Shown here: in pieces, positions 1 through 12,100 of the stretch | Layout of the letters: every line of letters starts with the position of its first letter | Numbering within the stretch: the first letter of the stretch is position 1 | DNA from: Monocercomonoides exilis PA203 | Lineage: Eukaryota; Protista; Preaxostyla | DNA: 64,000 nt | Direction of reading: 5' to 3' | NCBI GenBank assembly: GCA_001643675.2 | Contig: LSRY02000015.1 | Span: 1,116,001-1,180,000, forward strand | Notes under the pieces: model-generated | Seen by the model: only the letters and a program-made list of their open reading frames with translations | Databases searched by the model: none | Told to the model about the DNA's origin: nothing | Program-made: the position numbers and the translations under genes

Positions 1-16
1 GTCCACGGGTGGCGCG

Positions 17-2752
17 ATGGTTCTGGGGGGTGTTTCTCGTCCGACGTTTGATGTGAGAAAAGATGAGGAGAAGGAGAAGAAGGAGAAGGAAGCAGAAATG
101 GAGAAGGAGCGAGCACGAGCAAGAGAGCGAAGAATGGAGTCGAGGCACTTGAGAGCAGAAGGAGAAGAGAAGAAAGAAGGAACAACGAGCAATGGAGAGG
201 ACGAACAGCAGGCGATGAATGAGCTGGAGGAGAACCGATCGCCATCCAGAGCATCGCGTCTGTCGCACATTGCGCGTGTGGGCAAATACGGCAAGGCAGA
301 GGAAGGAAACGGAGCGAGGAGAAGAAGACGCAGGGGGAAGAGCGATGAAGAGGATGAGGTGCAGAAGCGGCTGCTGGATGAGTGGGAAGAGGAAGAGGAT
401 GCGCTGAGGCAGTATGAGCTGGGGGAGATTGAGAAGGCGCAGTCGCGAAGACAGACAAAGCGCAAGAGCAAGCTGACGACGCTTTCGACATCGGCATCGA
501 CTGCATCGATGGCGAATGCGAATGCGAAGGGGAAAGGAGAGCTGAGAGAAGACGAAGACTCGGAAGAGGAGATGATGGAGGACGACTCGGGGTCGATGGC
601 AGACACAGAGATTGGGAAAGTGATGCAAGAGATTCACAAGCTGACTGTTGTGTGCGATCGGGTGAACAGAGCGAGCACGCGGAGCGACCAAGACCAGGAT
701 GCGTTTGAGCGGCAGCTGGGGTCGAATGAGAAGCATCGCGGGACGATTGAGAAGGATGTGCAGCACATCACCGGGGAGATGCGGGAGAAGCTGTCGATAG
801 AGAGCGGGCATCTGAATGGGCTGTGGGAGAAGCAAGGGGTGACAGACGAGAACAGGATCCATCTGCTGAAGGATCTGATTGCGAAGACAGAGTCTGGGGA
901 AGAGCACAGAAAGAAGAACGAGGCAGGGCTATTGGAGAAGATGAGCTCGTGGATGGAGCCTCGGATGAAGGCAGCGGCGGATGCGGGAGCAGAAGACAAA
1001 GCGAGGCGGGAAGAAGAGCAGAAGGCGTTTGATGAGCTGATTGGGCAGACGAGAGAGTGGCTGGAGGCAGCGCGGAAGCAAAGAGAAGAAGAGATGAATG
1101 GAGAGAAGGTGAAGAGGGATGCGCAGCTTGAGCAGCTGAATGGAGAGAGGACAGAAATAGAGAGAGAATTTGAGAAAGGGAAAGAGGAAAGCTCGAAGGC
1201 TGGGGAAGAGAAAGTGGAAGGGTGGCTGAAGACGACAGAAGAGATGGTGGCCGCATACGAGAAGGAGATGAAGGCGCTGAAAGACAACTTTGCAGTTGTT
1301 GCGAGAGAGAAAGTGACAGACGAAGCATCATCAGCCTCATCAGCATCAGCATCATCAGCATCATCAACACACTTCGAAGACGATGGGACAGAAGTGCGGG
1401 ATGTGATGATTGGAGACGATCTGGTGGCGCGGTTTGAGGAGATGGAAGAGTCGCACGAGGCGCATGCGGAGCACCTGACGACAACGCTGGAGTCGACGGC
1501 CACGGCGCTGCAGGAGTCGGAGGAAGGAGTGAAGCGCATCCAGACGAGGGTGGTGGAGTCGATCGAGAGGCTGCGTGCGCTGGAGGAGAAGATGGAGAAC
1601 ATCCTGCCGCGTGTGAAGGAGGTGGAGGTGAGAGTGGGGGAGGCAGAGAGCGAGGATGGGCAGGCAGAGAAGGAGGACAGCACGGCAGTGTCAGAGGTGC
1701 GGGCGAGCTCGGAGGCAGTGAAGAGGGCGATTGAAGAAGAGAGGCGGCTGGTGAGCGAGGTGGTGAATGTGCAGAGCCGTGTGGTGTCGTTTGAGGAGGA
1801 GCTGTTCACGGAGATGGAGAAGGGGCTTATTCAGGTGATGAAGGAAGGAGCAGAGAAGAGAGAAGGGGCGTCGGCGCAGAGAGCAGCGAGAGGAAGGACA
1901 GTGGCGGCAAACGGCACAGCTCGTCTGGATGCGGCAGAGAAGGAAGTGGCAGAAAAGGCAGCAGAGGCAGAGGCGCTGGCAGTGTCGCAGCTGAGCACAC
2001 AGGGGAGGACAGACACTGGGCTGCGTGTGGATGCGATGGTGGAGATGTCGACAGACGCGGCAGCGATTCTGGGAGAGCTTGTGGAGGAGAGGGCAGAGAG
2101 GGAAGAGCGGCTGACGGCAGAAGACGGGAAGAGAGAGGAATGCTTTGAGAGGATCGGGAATGCCGAGGCAGCGAGCACGCAGAGAGCAGAGAAGATTGCG
2201 GAGCACAGCACGTCGTGCAACGAGATCTCGAATTATGTGGCGTCGTTTGAGCCGCTTGTGTCGTCGTGGCAGGCGACGAAGGAGAAGCATGTGTGTGAGG
2301 TGGCGGAGTCGGTGATGAATAATGTGGTGGACTCGGTGTGGTCGGTTGTGTCGGAGGTGGAGGAGGCGCTGAACAGCATCCTGAACACGCAGCGGGACGG
2401 GCTGGTTGCAGCAGAGGAGAAAGGGAAGCACGAGATGGACGATGCGATGGAAGGGCTGGTGGAGCAGATGGGGGAAGTGGAGAAAGTGATGAGCGGGAAG
2501 CGGGAGGATCTGGCGGTGCAGGCGCAGGCGCTGGGGCAGCGGCACTCAGACGAGGTGGGGTGGCTGGATGCGAAGGTGAACTACATCGAGGACTCGTGGA
2601 AGAGGGTGGGGAAGAAAGGGAGGGTGTGCGGAGCGACGGTGGAGAAGTGGAAGAGGGCCGAGACAGAGTCAGCGCGAACACAGATGGTCGGGGTGATTGA
2701 GACAGAAAAGAAGAATGTGATTGCACAGGTGGAGCAGATGGCCCAGGCGTAG
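17..2752 (+). CDS. Long Glu/Ala-rich coiled-coil protein, probably a C-terminal fragment (frame is open to the window edge)
   Basis: 911-aa ORF ending in TAG; heptad-like E/A/K/M-rich sequence; strongly purine-rich coding strand; no stop between nt 2 and the ATG at 17. Confidence 0.7.
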   Translation: MVLGGVSRPTFDVRKDEEKEKKEKEAEMEKERARARERRMESRHLRAEGEEKKEGTTSNGEDEQQAMNELEENRSPSRASRLSHIARVGKYGKAEEGNGARRRRRRGKSDEEDEVQKRLLDEWEEEEDALRQYELGEIEKAQSRRQTKRKSKLTTLSTSASTASMANANAKGKGELREDEDSEEEMMEDDSGSMADTEIGKVMQEIHKLTVVCDRVNRASTRSDQDQDAFERQLGSNEKHRGTIEKDVQHITGEMREKLSIESGHLNGLWEKQGVTDENRIHLLKDLIAKTESGEEHRKKNEAGLLEKMSSWMEPRMKAAADAGAEDKARREEEQKAFDELIGQTREWLEAARKQREEEMNGEKVKRDAQLEQLNGERTEIEREFEKGKEESSKAGEEKVEGWLKTTEEMVAAYEKEMKALKDNFAVVAREKVTDEASSASSASASSASSTHFEDDGTEVRDVMIGDDLVARFEEMEESHEAHAEHLTTTLESTATALQESEEGVKRIQTRVVESIERLRALEEKMENILPRVKEVEVRVGEAESEDGQAEKEDSTAVSEVRASSEAVKRAIEEERRLVSEVVNVQSRVVSFEEELFTEMEKGLIQVMKEGAEKREGASAQRAARGRTVAANGTARLDAAEKEVAEKAAEAEALAVSQLSTQGRTDTGLRVDAMVEMSTDAAAILGELVEERAEREERLTAEDGKREECFERIGNAEAASTQRAEKIAEHSTSCNEISNYVASFEPLVSSWQATKEKHVCEVAESVMNNVVDSVWSVVSEVEEALNSILNTQRDGLVAAEEKGKHEMDDAMEGLVEQMGEVEKVMSGKREDLAVQAQALGQRHSDEVGWLDAKVNYIEDSWKRVGKKGRVCGATVEKWKRAETESARTQMVGVIETEKKNVIAQVEQMAQA

Positions 2753-3680
2753 GCTGTTTCTTTCTTTTATTTTTTTAAAGAAAAAATAAAAAAGAAAGAA
2801 AGAAAAGAAACAACATTTATGTGATTTTTTTAATCTTTTTTTCGATTTATTTGTCTTCTTTCTCCTTGCTCATTTCTTTCGATGAATGGATTCTTTATTG
2901 AATGTGTTCTTAATTTGAAAGCGATCCTTTTCTCTCTTGTTTTGCCCATCTTCATTCATTCATTTCTTGTTCGCATTTTATTGATCCGCCAACATGACTG
3001 CATCATCTCATAACTGCTGAATCGTTGAATATTTGCATTTTTTCAAATGGACAGCGAAACGAATTGAAGGAAGGAAGAACAAATGAGCAAAATTGAGCAT
3101 TCTCAACGAAATGCTCACAAGCAATGAGACATTTGCTTGAGCCAACAAAACAAGAAACGCATTTGAAGGATTTTCAAATGAATTTGTTTCATGGCTGCTT
3201 TGAGATATCGGTTGGCATGCTGACTTGAAGACAGAGATAAAGTGTGTTTTATTCTTGAACAAAGAAATGCAAGAAAGACAACCTCAAAGACGGACTGAAA
3301 GAAACAAATGAAGAATCCTTTGAAGCCAAAGAATAATCAGGCAGCTTGTTCGCCCACTTGTGGAACAATAGCTCTTCGCTTTGTTAAAACTTGTCAACTT
3401 GATTTTTTCAATTCATAAATGATTGGTTCAATTTGACTGCAATTGTCAAAGAGATTTCTTAAAAAAAAAAAAGATAAAATATTTGCTTCAAATCAACCTG
3501 TTATTTCACAAAAACAACAACAGATTAATTAAAGCAAAAAAAAAAAAAGAGAGAGAGAGAGATTGCGATGATAACCTCTTGAAGAAAAAAGAAGAACATA
3601 ACATGTTCCCTCGAGACTGATTAAAATCGAAGACATAAAGACTGTATCAAAAATTCATCCAAAATGAATGAAAACAATTG

Positions 3681-3716
3681 AAAAAGAACGAAAAAGAACG
3701 AAAAAGAACGAAAACG
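3681..3716. repeat. Short tandem repeat (AAAAAGAACG)x3 plus a degenerate copy
   Basis: Directly visible at 3681-3710. Confidence 0.8.
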
Positions 3717-4188
3717 AAGAAAACGTAAAATATTTTGTAAAAAAATTAAGAAAATTTGTGTGATGTGCATAGCCAAACTTTTTTTCAAAAAAACCCGAAA
3801 AATCTCTAAAACACCCGAAAAATTAAACAATAACTAAAAAAGAGAAAAAGTTGGCTTTCAAAAAACAAATCCTTTAAAAACCCCAAAATCTTTAAGGATA
3901 AAACTTTCAGCACAGATTTTGGCATCCGAATAGGCTTTCAACAGAACATAAATACTAGTTTAAAACACAACAAATAAACTTAACATTTTCAACGTAAATT
4001 TCAGGAAAATACAAAAAACATCAAAAGATCATGAAATACAACTCAAAATATAACAAATTTGTTCCTTGAAATCCAATCAACACAATTGCACGTTTTGACA
4101 CCCACAAATCACAAATCACAAATCGTGTGTCATTTGCCCTGACGCTTTCGTTTCAGCAAATTGCATCGTGAGCACATCGACAAACACT

Positions 4189-4922
4189 CTAATACTTCCA
4201 TTTCTCTGCAAACCCCTTCGCTCCGGAAAAAGGATTCACCAATTCTTCGAAAGCTTGCTGAAATTCCTTTTTATTGATCGAGCATTCACAATTTATTGCT
4301 CGTAAAAACTCACTCTCCGAAGAATAGCTCGTGCTCAATTGCTGGCCGATTTTTTCTCTCGAAAGGGGATCCATGCTTCCGCCATTGAATCCCTCAACGA
4401 ACTTGATGGCAAGGCTAATTGAGCTGAAAATGTTCGATGTGTAGCTGTCGAATGAAACAAATCCTTTTGCTGGCTCCTTTCTGCTCTTGCAATCTCGCTC
4501 CACCAGCCTTCTCATAAATATGAAAGACACAACCATTTCGCTCACTGACAGCTTGTGTGCCTCATTCACGAAACGATAATATTCATAAATATCTTTCCGC
4601 ATGCTCTTGCCAATGTCCGACAAATGAATGGCCAATCTGCCCGACTTGCGTTCAGCTGTTTGTGCAACTTCAGGAATGCTCTTTGACAGAAGTGCAATCG
4701 TGCATTTTGAAAATCTTTCCATCAGTTTATCGTCGACGGCTATTTTCGATTGATTCCAAACAACTTGACGAAAACGATCCTTCCTTGCTTCCGTGTCTTG
4801 ATCCTCTGTTTTTTCATTATCTTCAGACCTTTCAAAAGTGAACAAAAATAAGAATCAGGTTTTCCAATAACGCATGCACACTTCGGAGCGACAAGCTCTG
4901 AATCCTCCTCAGGCACCTCCAT
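4189..4922 (-). CDS. Pho80/PCL (P/U-type) cyclin-like protein, 2 exons (intron 4829-4881)
   Basis: Cyclin-box-like segments LSVSEMVVSFIFMRRL, SISLAIKF and ESEFLRAINCECSINKKEF. A 53-nt GT..AG intron joins MEVPEEDSELVAPK in frame to SEDNEK. Confidence 0.65.
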
Positions 4923-5930
4923 TTTCACTTTTGTTCTTGGTAAATACAAAGATCCTTCAAACTTTTTCATTTCACTAAATATGTATCGCATTAAATTGTT
5001 TATATAAACGATCACATCGATCAATCGTTTTATGCATAAAAAAAATAATACAGCCGGTCAGTGTTGTGATTGTTTTTCTTTGTGTAATTTGTTTCCAAAA
5101 AGAGATATAACTGGTATTTTGATACAAATAGGACTGGAAAATGTGAGCTTTACGGTTCATCACAATTTTCATCTTTTTTTTAATAACAGCACAATAAATT
5201 ACAAAATTTTTGTGAACTTATTATTCAAAATTGGTAAACTTCTCATTCAAAATTAATAAAAATGAGTATTTTAGAAAAAATTTTTTGTGAAAAATCGGTT
5301 TTTTGCTGAGTATTGGAAAGTTATTAAAATATACCTTTGTGACATGAAAAGAGAAAATTGAAAAAATGACAAAATGACTGACAGGATGGAAGAAAATGCG
5401 GACTTTCAAGCGTTATTTGCACAAGGCATTGAAAAATTTTCTCACTCATTTCTTTATTTCGCTTTCTCAGATTTCAAAATAAATTTGATTTTCATATCCG
5501 TGAACAGGCATTGTTGAAATCAAAACATAAAGTTTTCCAACATTTCACTAATGTGAAAAAAATGAACCCTTTTTCATTTTGTTTTTTGATCTCAAAAAGT
5601 CAATGAAAAGTACATTATTTTCAATGAAAATGCTTTAAGAATAATATTTTCCCCCATTTCACTTTCTGACACTCAACAAAAACAAATTTGATATAATATT
5701 TTATTCATTGGAACCATTCAATGTGATAATATTTATATAATCAGTTTATTTATTTCAAATTGTTAATGGTGAATATCTTCAGAAGTTCAAGCATGGCTTT
5801 AGCAACTTGGCTTATCATGAAACGAAATTTGACAATCAATAACCACAAATTCACACACGTTTCTCATTGAAATTTTATTAATGAAAATCGGAAAAAGAAT
5901 AACGTCATTATTCAATGAAAACAATTGCCT

Positions 5931-6333
5931 AATATAGAATGTGCATTAAACACAAAAATCACAAAAAATACTTGACAAGATCGATATCTCAATAACTGCA
6001 AGAGGAATAATTCTGATAATTTTCCTCTTAATATATCTATTCAATAAAAACTCATTTGATATCCAAAACTTTCAATATTTTTTCATTTGTGCTCAGAAAA
6101 AATAATAATTAAAATCTCGGAGAAAAAGGATTTTGAGTTTCTCCGAGATTTCAATATGTACTTTTTCTGAGCACAAATGAAGCTGCTTTGAAAGATTTGT
6201 ATTTCAGTGGAGTTTGTATTGATGAGATATATTGTGAGGAAAATTTACAGTATTATTCCTCTTGCAGTTATTGAGATATCGATCTTGTCGGATATTTTTT
6301 GCAATGTTTTGAATTTTGTGCACATTCCATATT
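5931..6333. repeat. Long imperfect inverted repeat (~195-nt arms, 12-nt loop)
   Basis: Perfect blocks 5974-6011/6252-6289 (38 bp), 6082-6101/6162-6181 (20 bp) and 6112-6125/6138-6151 (14 bp), all in the same register. Confidence 0.95.
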
Positions 6334-6880
6334 CACATAAAAAAAAGTTTTCAAAAAGAAAATTTCAACATTTGTCATTTGACAAATAATTACCAAGACA
6401 ATAACAATTAATTAGAAACCAATTTTGGCATTAGGCTACTTTAAAGGTACCTAAAAAATATAAAATAAGCTTCATGAAAAGGCTTAATGTTTTCGAGTGA
6501 ACATTCATCAACACTTTTTGGTGTTGACAATATGTTTTATAAATCATTCAACTTTTTTAGGGTTTTCGTTTTCTAAAACAACTGACCCCTAAATGATATT
6601 TTGAATAACTTTTTTGTGAAATTAACTAAATTACAAAAAAAAGACATTTTTAGGCTTTTTAATTTGAATTTTATAGCTATTTGCAATTGTTTGGGTTGAA
6701 AATGACTCTATTAAAGTATTTTTATTAAGTTTGAAATTAGTGTCGAAAAACTTAAGATTTGAATAAAAAACCATTCAATCATTTTTAGTTTTGATCAATT
6801 GGTTATTATTAACCTAATGTATTAATAATATCTTAACATTGTATTTTTTAGCTTTTTATTCATGTATTTAACGAAAAAAT

Positions 6881-7227
6881 CAGGTACCCTTGAAGTGGCA
6901 TCTTGCCCCAATTTTTGAATTTGAAAACCACTGCTGGAATTTAGAACAAAATTTTTTTCTTTAGGATTTTTGTTCCACACAATATTTTTCTGTCTTTTTC
7001 CCAATAAAAAAAAAATTTCTTCATTGTTATGCATGAGAATATTAGACTTATTATAATATGATTTCAGGAAATTTTTGGAACAAAATTCGATTTATTTCAA
7101 AATTGAAAAAAATTAGTTTCATCACTTGAAAATTTCTTTTTTTTTCAAAATATTCAAATAAACAAGTAAAATCATGTTGATTCCAATAATTTTCAATTTC
7201 ATTCTACTCCTCTTTCAAGTATCTGAA
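6881..7227. repeat. Degenerate inverted repeat upstream of the coilin-like gene
   Basis: TTTTGTTCCA 6968-6977 pairs with TGGAACAAAA 7076-7085; TCAGGTAC..TTGAAG from 6881 pairs with TTTCAAGTATCTGA ending 7227; nested pairings lie between. Confidence 0.5.
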
Positions 7228-7382
7228 TCAAAAATTAAAATGTCAATTCAAAAAAGTTTTCAAAAATATGTTTTTTCTAAATAATTTGTGAATCAAACCA
7301 TATTTTCAACAGATAATAATTGAAATAGATTTTGCGCTGAATTAAAAAGTGATTGAGTCAGTTTGACTCCATATTTATTCTA

Positions 7383-8853
7383 ATGAGATATAAGCTTCAG
7401 TTTCATGAAGAATTCTGTTTATCTCAACCACTTCAATGGATTGTTTTTCCTTCAACACTAAAAACTGTTAAAGATTTAGAAAAACACATCAAATCAACTT
7501 TTCGCATTGGACACTCGGTACAATTATCAATTGATGGTTTTGTTTTTCCTCGTAAATCTGCTCTTTGCGATTGTTTTCAAAAAAAGGACATTATAATGTT
7601 AGTTAGCATTATTCTCATTAATTCAGTTTAATTACATTTTTTTTAGCGTGTCTCGCCGAAGGAAACACAAAAAACATGTGGATCATATTGGAATCCATCA
7701 CAAGCACAGAACTTCAGATCTTTCAAAGCTTAATGAAATTGGAAGCTTAATTAGTTCCGATCCAAAATTAAAGAATAGAAAACAATCTATAGATAAACAC
7801 AATACTTCTATAATAAAAAAATCATCTAATAAAATATCAAGCATCAATGTACATTGCTCACCGTCAGAAGAACAAGAAGATTTGCCAATGATAATCGAAC
7901 ACAGAAAAGATCTTTCTGAAAAACTGAATGCAGATGACTTAGAGAATTGTGCTTTGAAGCCAATGGTGGATATTGTGTATCGACAAGATAACACTACTCA
8001 CAAATGTGGGTTTAATAGAATCGAAAGAATGAGAAAAAGAAGAAAAGAGCAAAAGAAAAAGAAAAAACTGAAAATAAAAGAAGAAAAAGAGCAGGAAAGG
8101 TTACGGCAATGTGCAGAATACGAAGAAGAAATGAAACGAAAACAAAATGAAACGATCCAAAAGAACGAGAAAGTACAAATACCGTTGAAGCATCTGGTAT
8201 TTGAATTAGAGACCGAAGAATATGCCACACACTCACAAACACCAACGAGCTCACCAGAAGCTCAAGACCAAGCAGAAGAACTACCGGAGCCAAATTCTTT
8301 TCCAATTTCTCCGTCGCCGCTTTTATCTTCTGCTGCAATGTCATCAAGCTCATCTTGTTGCTCTTCTCCACAAACAACTTCTCCATCTCCATCTGCTACT
8401 TCTGAACCATTTTTCAGCGAAGTTGATCTTTCTGCTCATTTCATACCAACAAAAACAGAAAAAATGGCGGATGATCTTTGCTATCAAGAAGAAAACGATC
8501 AGAGCGGAACAAAAAAAACTCGATTAACAAATCATAGCCATTATCAGGAGGAGATGCAAGCTAATACTTCGATTGAGAAAAATCAGAGTGCAGATGAAAC
8601 CTATGAACCAGGAACGAATTTATCGATCAATACCCTAAGGAAAAAAATGAGTGAAGAAGGCACCTTTTCAGAAGTTGTATTTGAAAACCATGATGAATTA
8701 TTAGAAGAAGGAGAAATTGATTCCGACAAAGAAGCGATTGAGAATGAAACACTAATGGTAAACGAGAAATTTGTCGATACATTGGAAATTATAACAAAAA
8801 AAGGATGTTCAATTAATTTCGAAAAAGCTATCGAACAACTTCAAGTTATTTAA
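7383..8853 (+). CDS. Coilin N-terminal-domain-like protein, 2 exons (intron 7598-7646)
   Basis: Exon 1 MRYKLQF..WIVFP..KTVKDLEKHIKSTF..VQLSIDGFVFP...KDIIIV fits the Coilin_N pattern. It is followed by basic NLS-like runs and low-complexity sequence; the 49-nt GT..AG intron restores frame. Confidence 0.6.
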
Positions 8854-9113
8854 ACGATTTATTTACACTAAATTGCAAATAAAATCTTTAAGTTTATTTA
8901 TTAAAAAGTATTTTCTCATTTCTTTTATTGAAATAAAAGAGAAATATATGTTCCGAAATATTATTATGTTATATAATTTATATTCAAAGGGAAAAATTGA
9001 TCACAGATCAATCGCATTTTTGGCTTGGGAAAGTCAAAGCAACATCCCTTGCATTTTATATAAAGGCACTCCTTCGTGGATTTCGAAAAGAAAAAGTATT
9101 CAGTTGATTATTT

Positions 9114-12100
9114 ATGGTACCTTCGGATAATACCACCCTAGCACCACAGAAATCTTATCTGACATTTGAAGATGAAGTTGTTCGATCTATCGAGTTCAGA
9201 GAGCTTTCTTACATTCGGAGATTCTTTTTTGCCATTGGATGCATTTTAACTTGCGGAATTCTTGCTCTTGTATGCCATTGGTTCCATAGGCTCTATGTGA
9301 TAATGAATTACAGAAAGTGCTCAGCTGAAAAGTCGACCAAGATTGTCATTACAGACGAGTACAAAAATTGTCATGATTGTGACAGAATTTCTTACAATGA
9401 AAATGGCAAGATCATTCATATGTTTCTTTACAAACGGATTCCTTTCTCATTTGATGAAAATGCAAAACAATTCGTTCCAGTTCGCTTTAATCCATCAAAG
9501 CCTTTTTACTATTACGAAAATGTTTTGTCTAAAGGTGTTTATGATCACGAATTAAAGAAATTAAAGGCATACAACGGGAAGAATTCAATTGAAGTTCCAA
9601 TAACTCCATTGTACAAACTTATTCTTGATGAAGGCTTACATCCATTTATATGCTTCCAAATATTTAGCATCATTGTTTGGAGTTTATACGATTACTATTA
9701 TTATGCGGTTCTTGTTGGTGTTATCACAATATTTACGGTCATTTCCCAAATTGTACAGACTCGAATTAACATGAGGAATTTACAAGAAATGACTCGATTT
9801 GAAAGCAAAGTGAAAGTTTACAGAAATGGAAAAGAAGGGCAAATAATAAGTTCATACGATCTTGTTCCAGGAGATGTATTTGAAGCGGAGAATGATATGA
9901 CTTTACCTTGCGATGCTTTGTTATTGTCAGGTCAGTGCATCATGAACGAAACAATGTTGACGGGAGAAAGTGTGCCTGTGATTAAAACAAGTATTCCACA
10001 TTGCTGTCCTCCTCAATGTAATTTATCGGAAAATGAAAATAACACTCAACAAATAAATTCAGAATCAGCTTCATCGGAATCGCAATCAGAAAATCCGGAA
10101 AAAGAAATGGAAAAAACTCTTCCATTTGTGAAACCAACAGAAATCTTAAATATGGAAAGGGACAAGTCGTACATTCTCTTTGGAGGTACCAAAGTAATTA
10201 GAGCTCGATCTCTTCCATCAACTTTGACAGAGCATACCAGACCTGTGTGCATTGCCATTCGCACATCCTTTTCCACTGCAAAAGGACAACTTGTGAGATC
10301 GATCTTATATCCAAGACCAACAAAATTCAAGTTCTTTGAAGATTCTTTCAAATTCATAGGAGTGCTTGCGTGCCTTGCTTTGATTGGGTTCATCGTGAAT
10401 GCCGTTATTCAGACAATGTACGGGGAAGAATTGCTATACATCATATTAAGAGCAGGAGATTTAGTTACAATTGCAGTTCCACCAACTCTTCCAGCGGTTA
10501 TGTCAGCAGGAGTGTCATATGCCATTGCGCGCTTGAAAAAGGATCAGATATTTTGCATTGCATCACAAAGAGTTAATGTCGCAGGAAAGGTTAAAGTTAT
10601 GTGTTTCGACAAAACTGGAACATTGACTGAAGATGGACTTTCTGTGCTTGGTGTTCAAGATGCTTCAAAAGTTCCAATTGACGCGCTGGATGTTGATTGG
10701 GCGCATACAGAGAATCATATGTACCCCCTGCCTCCTGCAGCTCAAACAGAGGCGACTACAAGCCCAACAGGAAATGAAGAAGATAGCATCATAGCATTTT
10801 CTTCACTGAAGACTGAAACAGAAGAACTGAATTCATTGCCGGAAATAATGAGTGCATTGTCAACATGCCATTCAATTGCGACTGTTGATGGGGCGAATGT
10901 TGGAGATCCATTGGACGTGAAGATGTTCGAATTCACAAAATGGAACATGACCGAAAGAGGCGGAGATTCTGAGCTCCAAGGACTCAATTCAATTGATTCA
11001 CAATGCAGCAAATGGATAGATGAAAAAACCGCAATCTCTTCTTCGTATCAGGCAATTGTATATCCATCAGAGAATAATTCGAACAATCAAATGAATGAAA
11101 GCGTAACTGAGAGCTCTTATTTACCATCATTTGTCATCGGAATATTGAGACGTTTTGAGTTCTCTTCTCATCTGCAAAGAATGTCAGTAATAACTCACAA
11201 AAATTCAATGGTCACACCAGATTCAGCTGCTATGTGCAATTCGTCTTCAGATTCTTGCCTGACACAATCGGCATCACTTGACATTTATACAAAAGGTTCT
11301 CCTGAAGCATTATTGCCTCTTTGCACACAATCATCAATTCCTTCAGATTTTCATTCAAAGCTCGCTTCATTCACACAACGCGGACTAAGAGTTCTTGCAT
11401 TAGGACACAAAACAATTCAAATCCCGATGAAATCCAATGTCACATTGTCTGAAGCAAGTGAGCAATCAACACCAAAATCCCTTGACTATGAGGTTGTGAA
11501 TAAGATGCCTAGAGAAGAAGTTGAACATGACCTTACTTTTCTTGGCTTTTTCATCATGGAAAACAAATTGAAGGACACAACAACTGCATCAATTAGCAGA
11601 CTCACAGCTGCAGGAATAAGATCGTTGATGGTGACAGGAGATAATCCACTTACTGCTATCAATGTTGCACGTGAATGCGGACTGATTCCATCTCCTCCTT
11701 TGCATGTCCCTTCGTCAGCAGAAGAAGAGGCAGAAAAGAACAAGAAAGCAGAACGCTCTTCAAAGAAAAAAAGCCGTAAAACAAGAAAGAATCAAGTGCA
11801 GACTGCATCAGCAATGGATGCATATCCTGTTTTCATGGCAGAGTTGGACAAGAATAAAAATGAAGTTGTATGGAGATCTCAGGAACTGCCTGGTTGGACG
11901 CTTGATCCTGAAACTCTTTATCCAATAAAGGAAGTCTCAGCTGACGAAGAAACTATCATTAGCGATGGTGATTTTGAAACGAGCTCACATCGTTTCACTC
12001 CTGTTGTGGCAACTCCACCAATCAACGCACAAGTTAATGACTTGCAATCACTAACTTCATCACCAGTAACTGAATCTCCATCAAGGACGTCTCTAACTCC

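Noticed and set aside
634-2726. Long antisense ORFs over gene 1 (and similar ones over Hsp90 and the giant genes)
   Set aside because: Shadow ORFs caused by biased, purine-rich or low-complexity coding strands; the products are poly-S/F/L without domains.
17-2752. Kinesin-5 or myosin tail assignment
   Set aside because: Only generic coiled-coil composition; no motor or diagnostic motif in the window.
4081-4170. Hammerhead ribozyme
   Set aside because: A three-stem shape is present, but the CUGAnGA/GAAA/UH core is not correctly placed on either strand.
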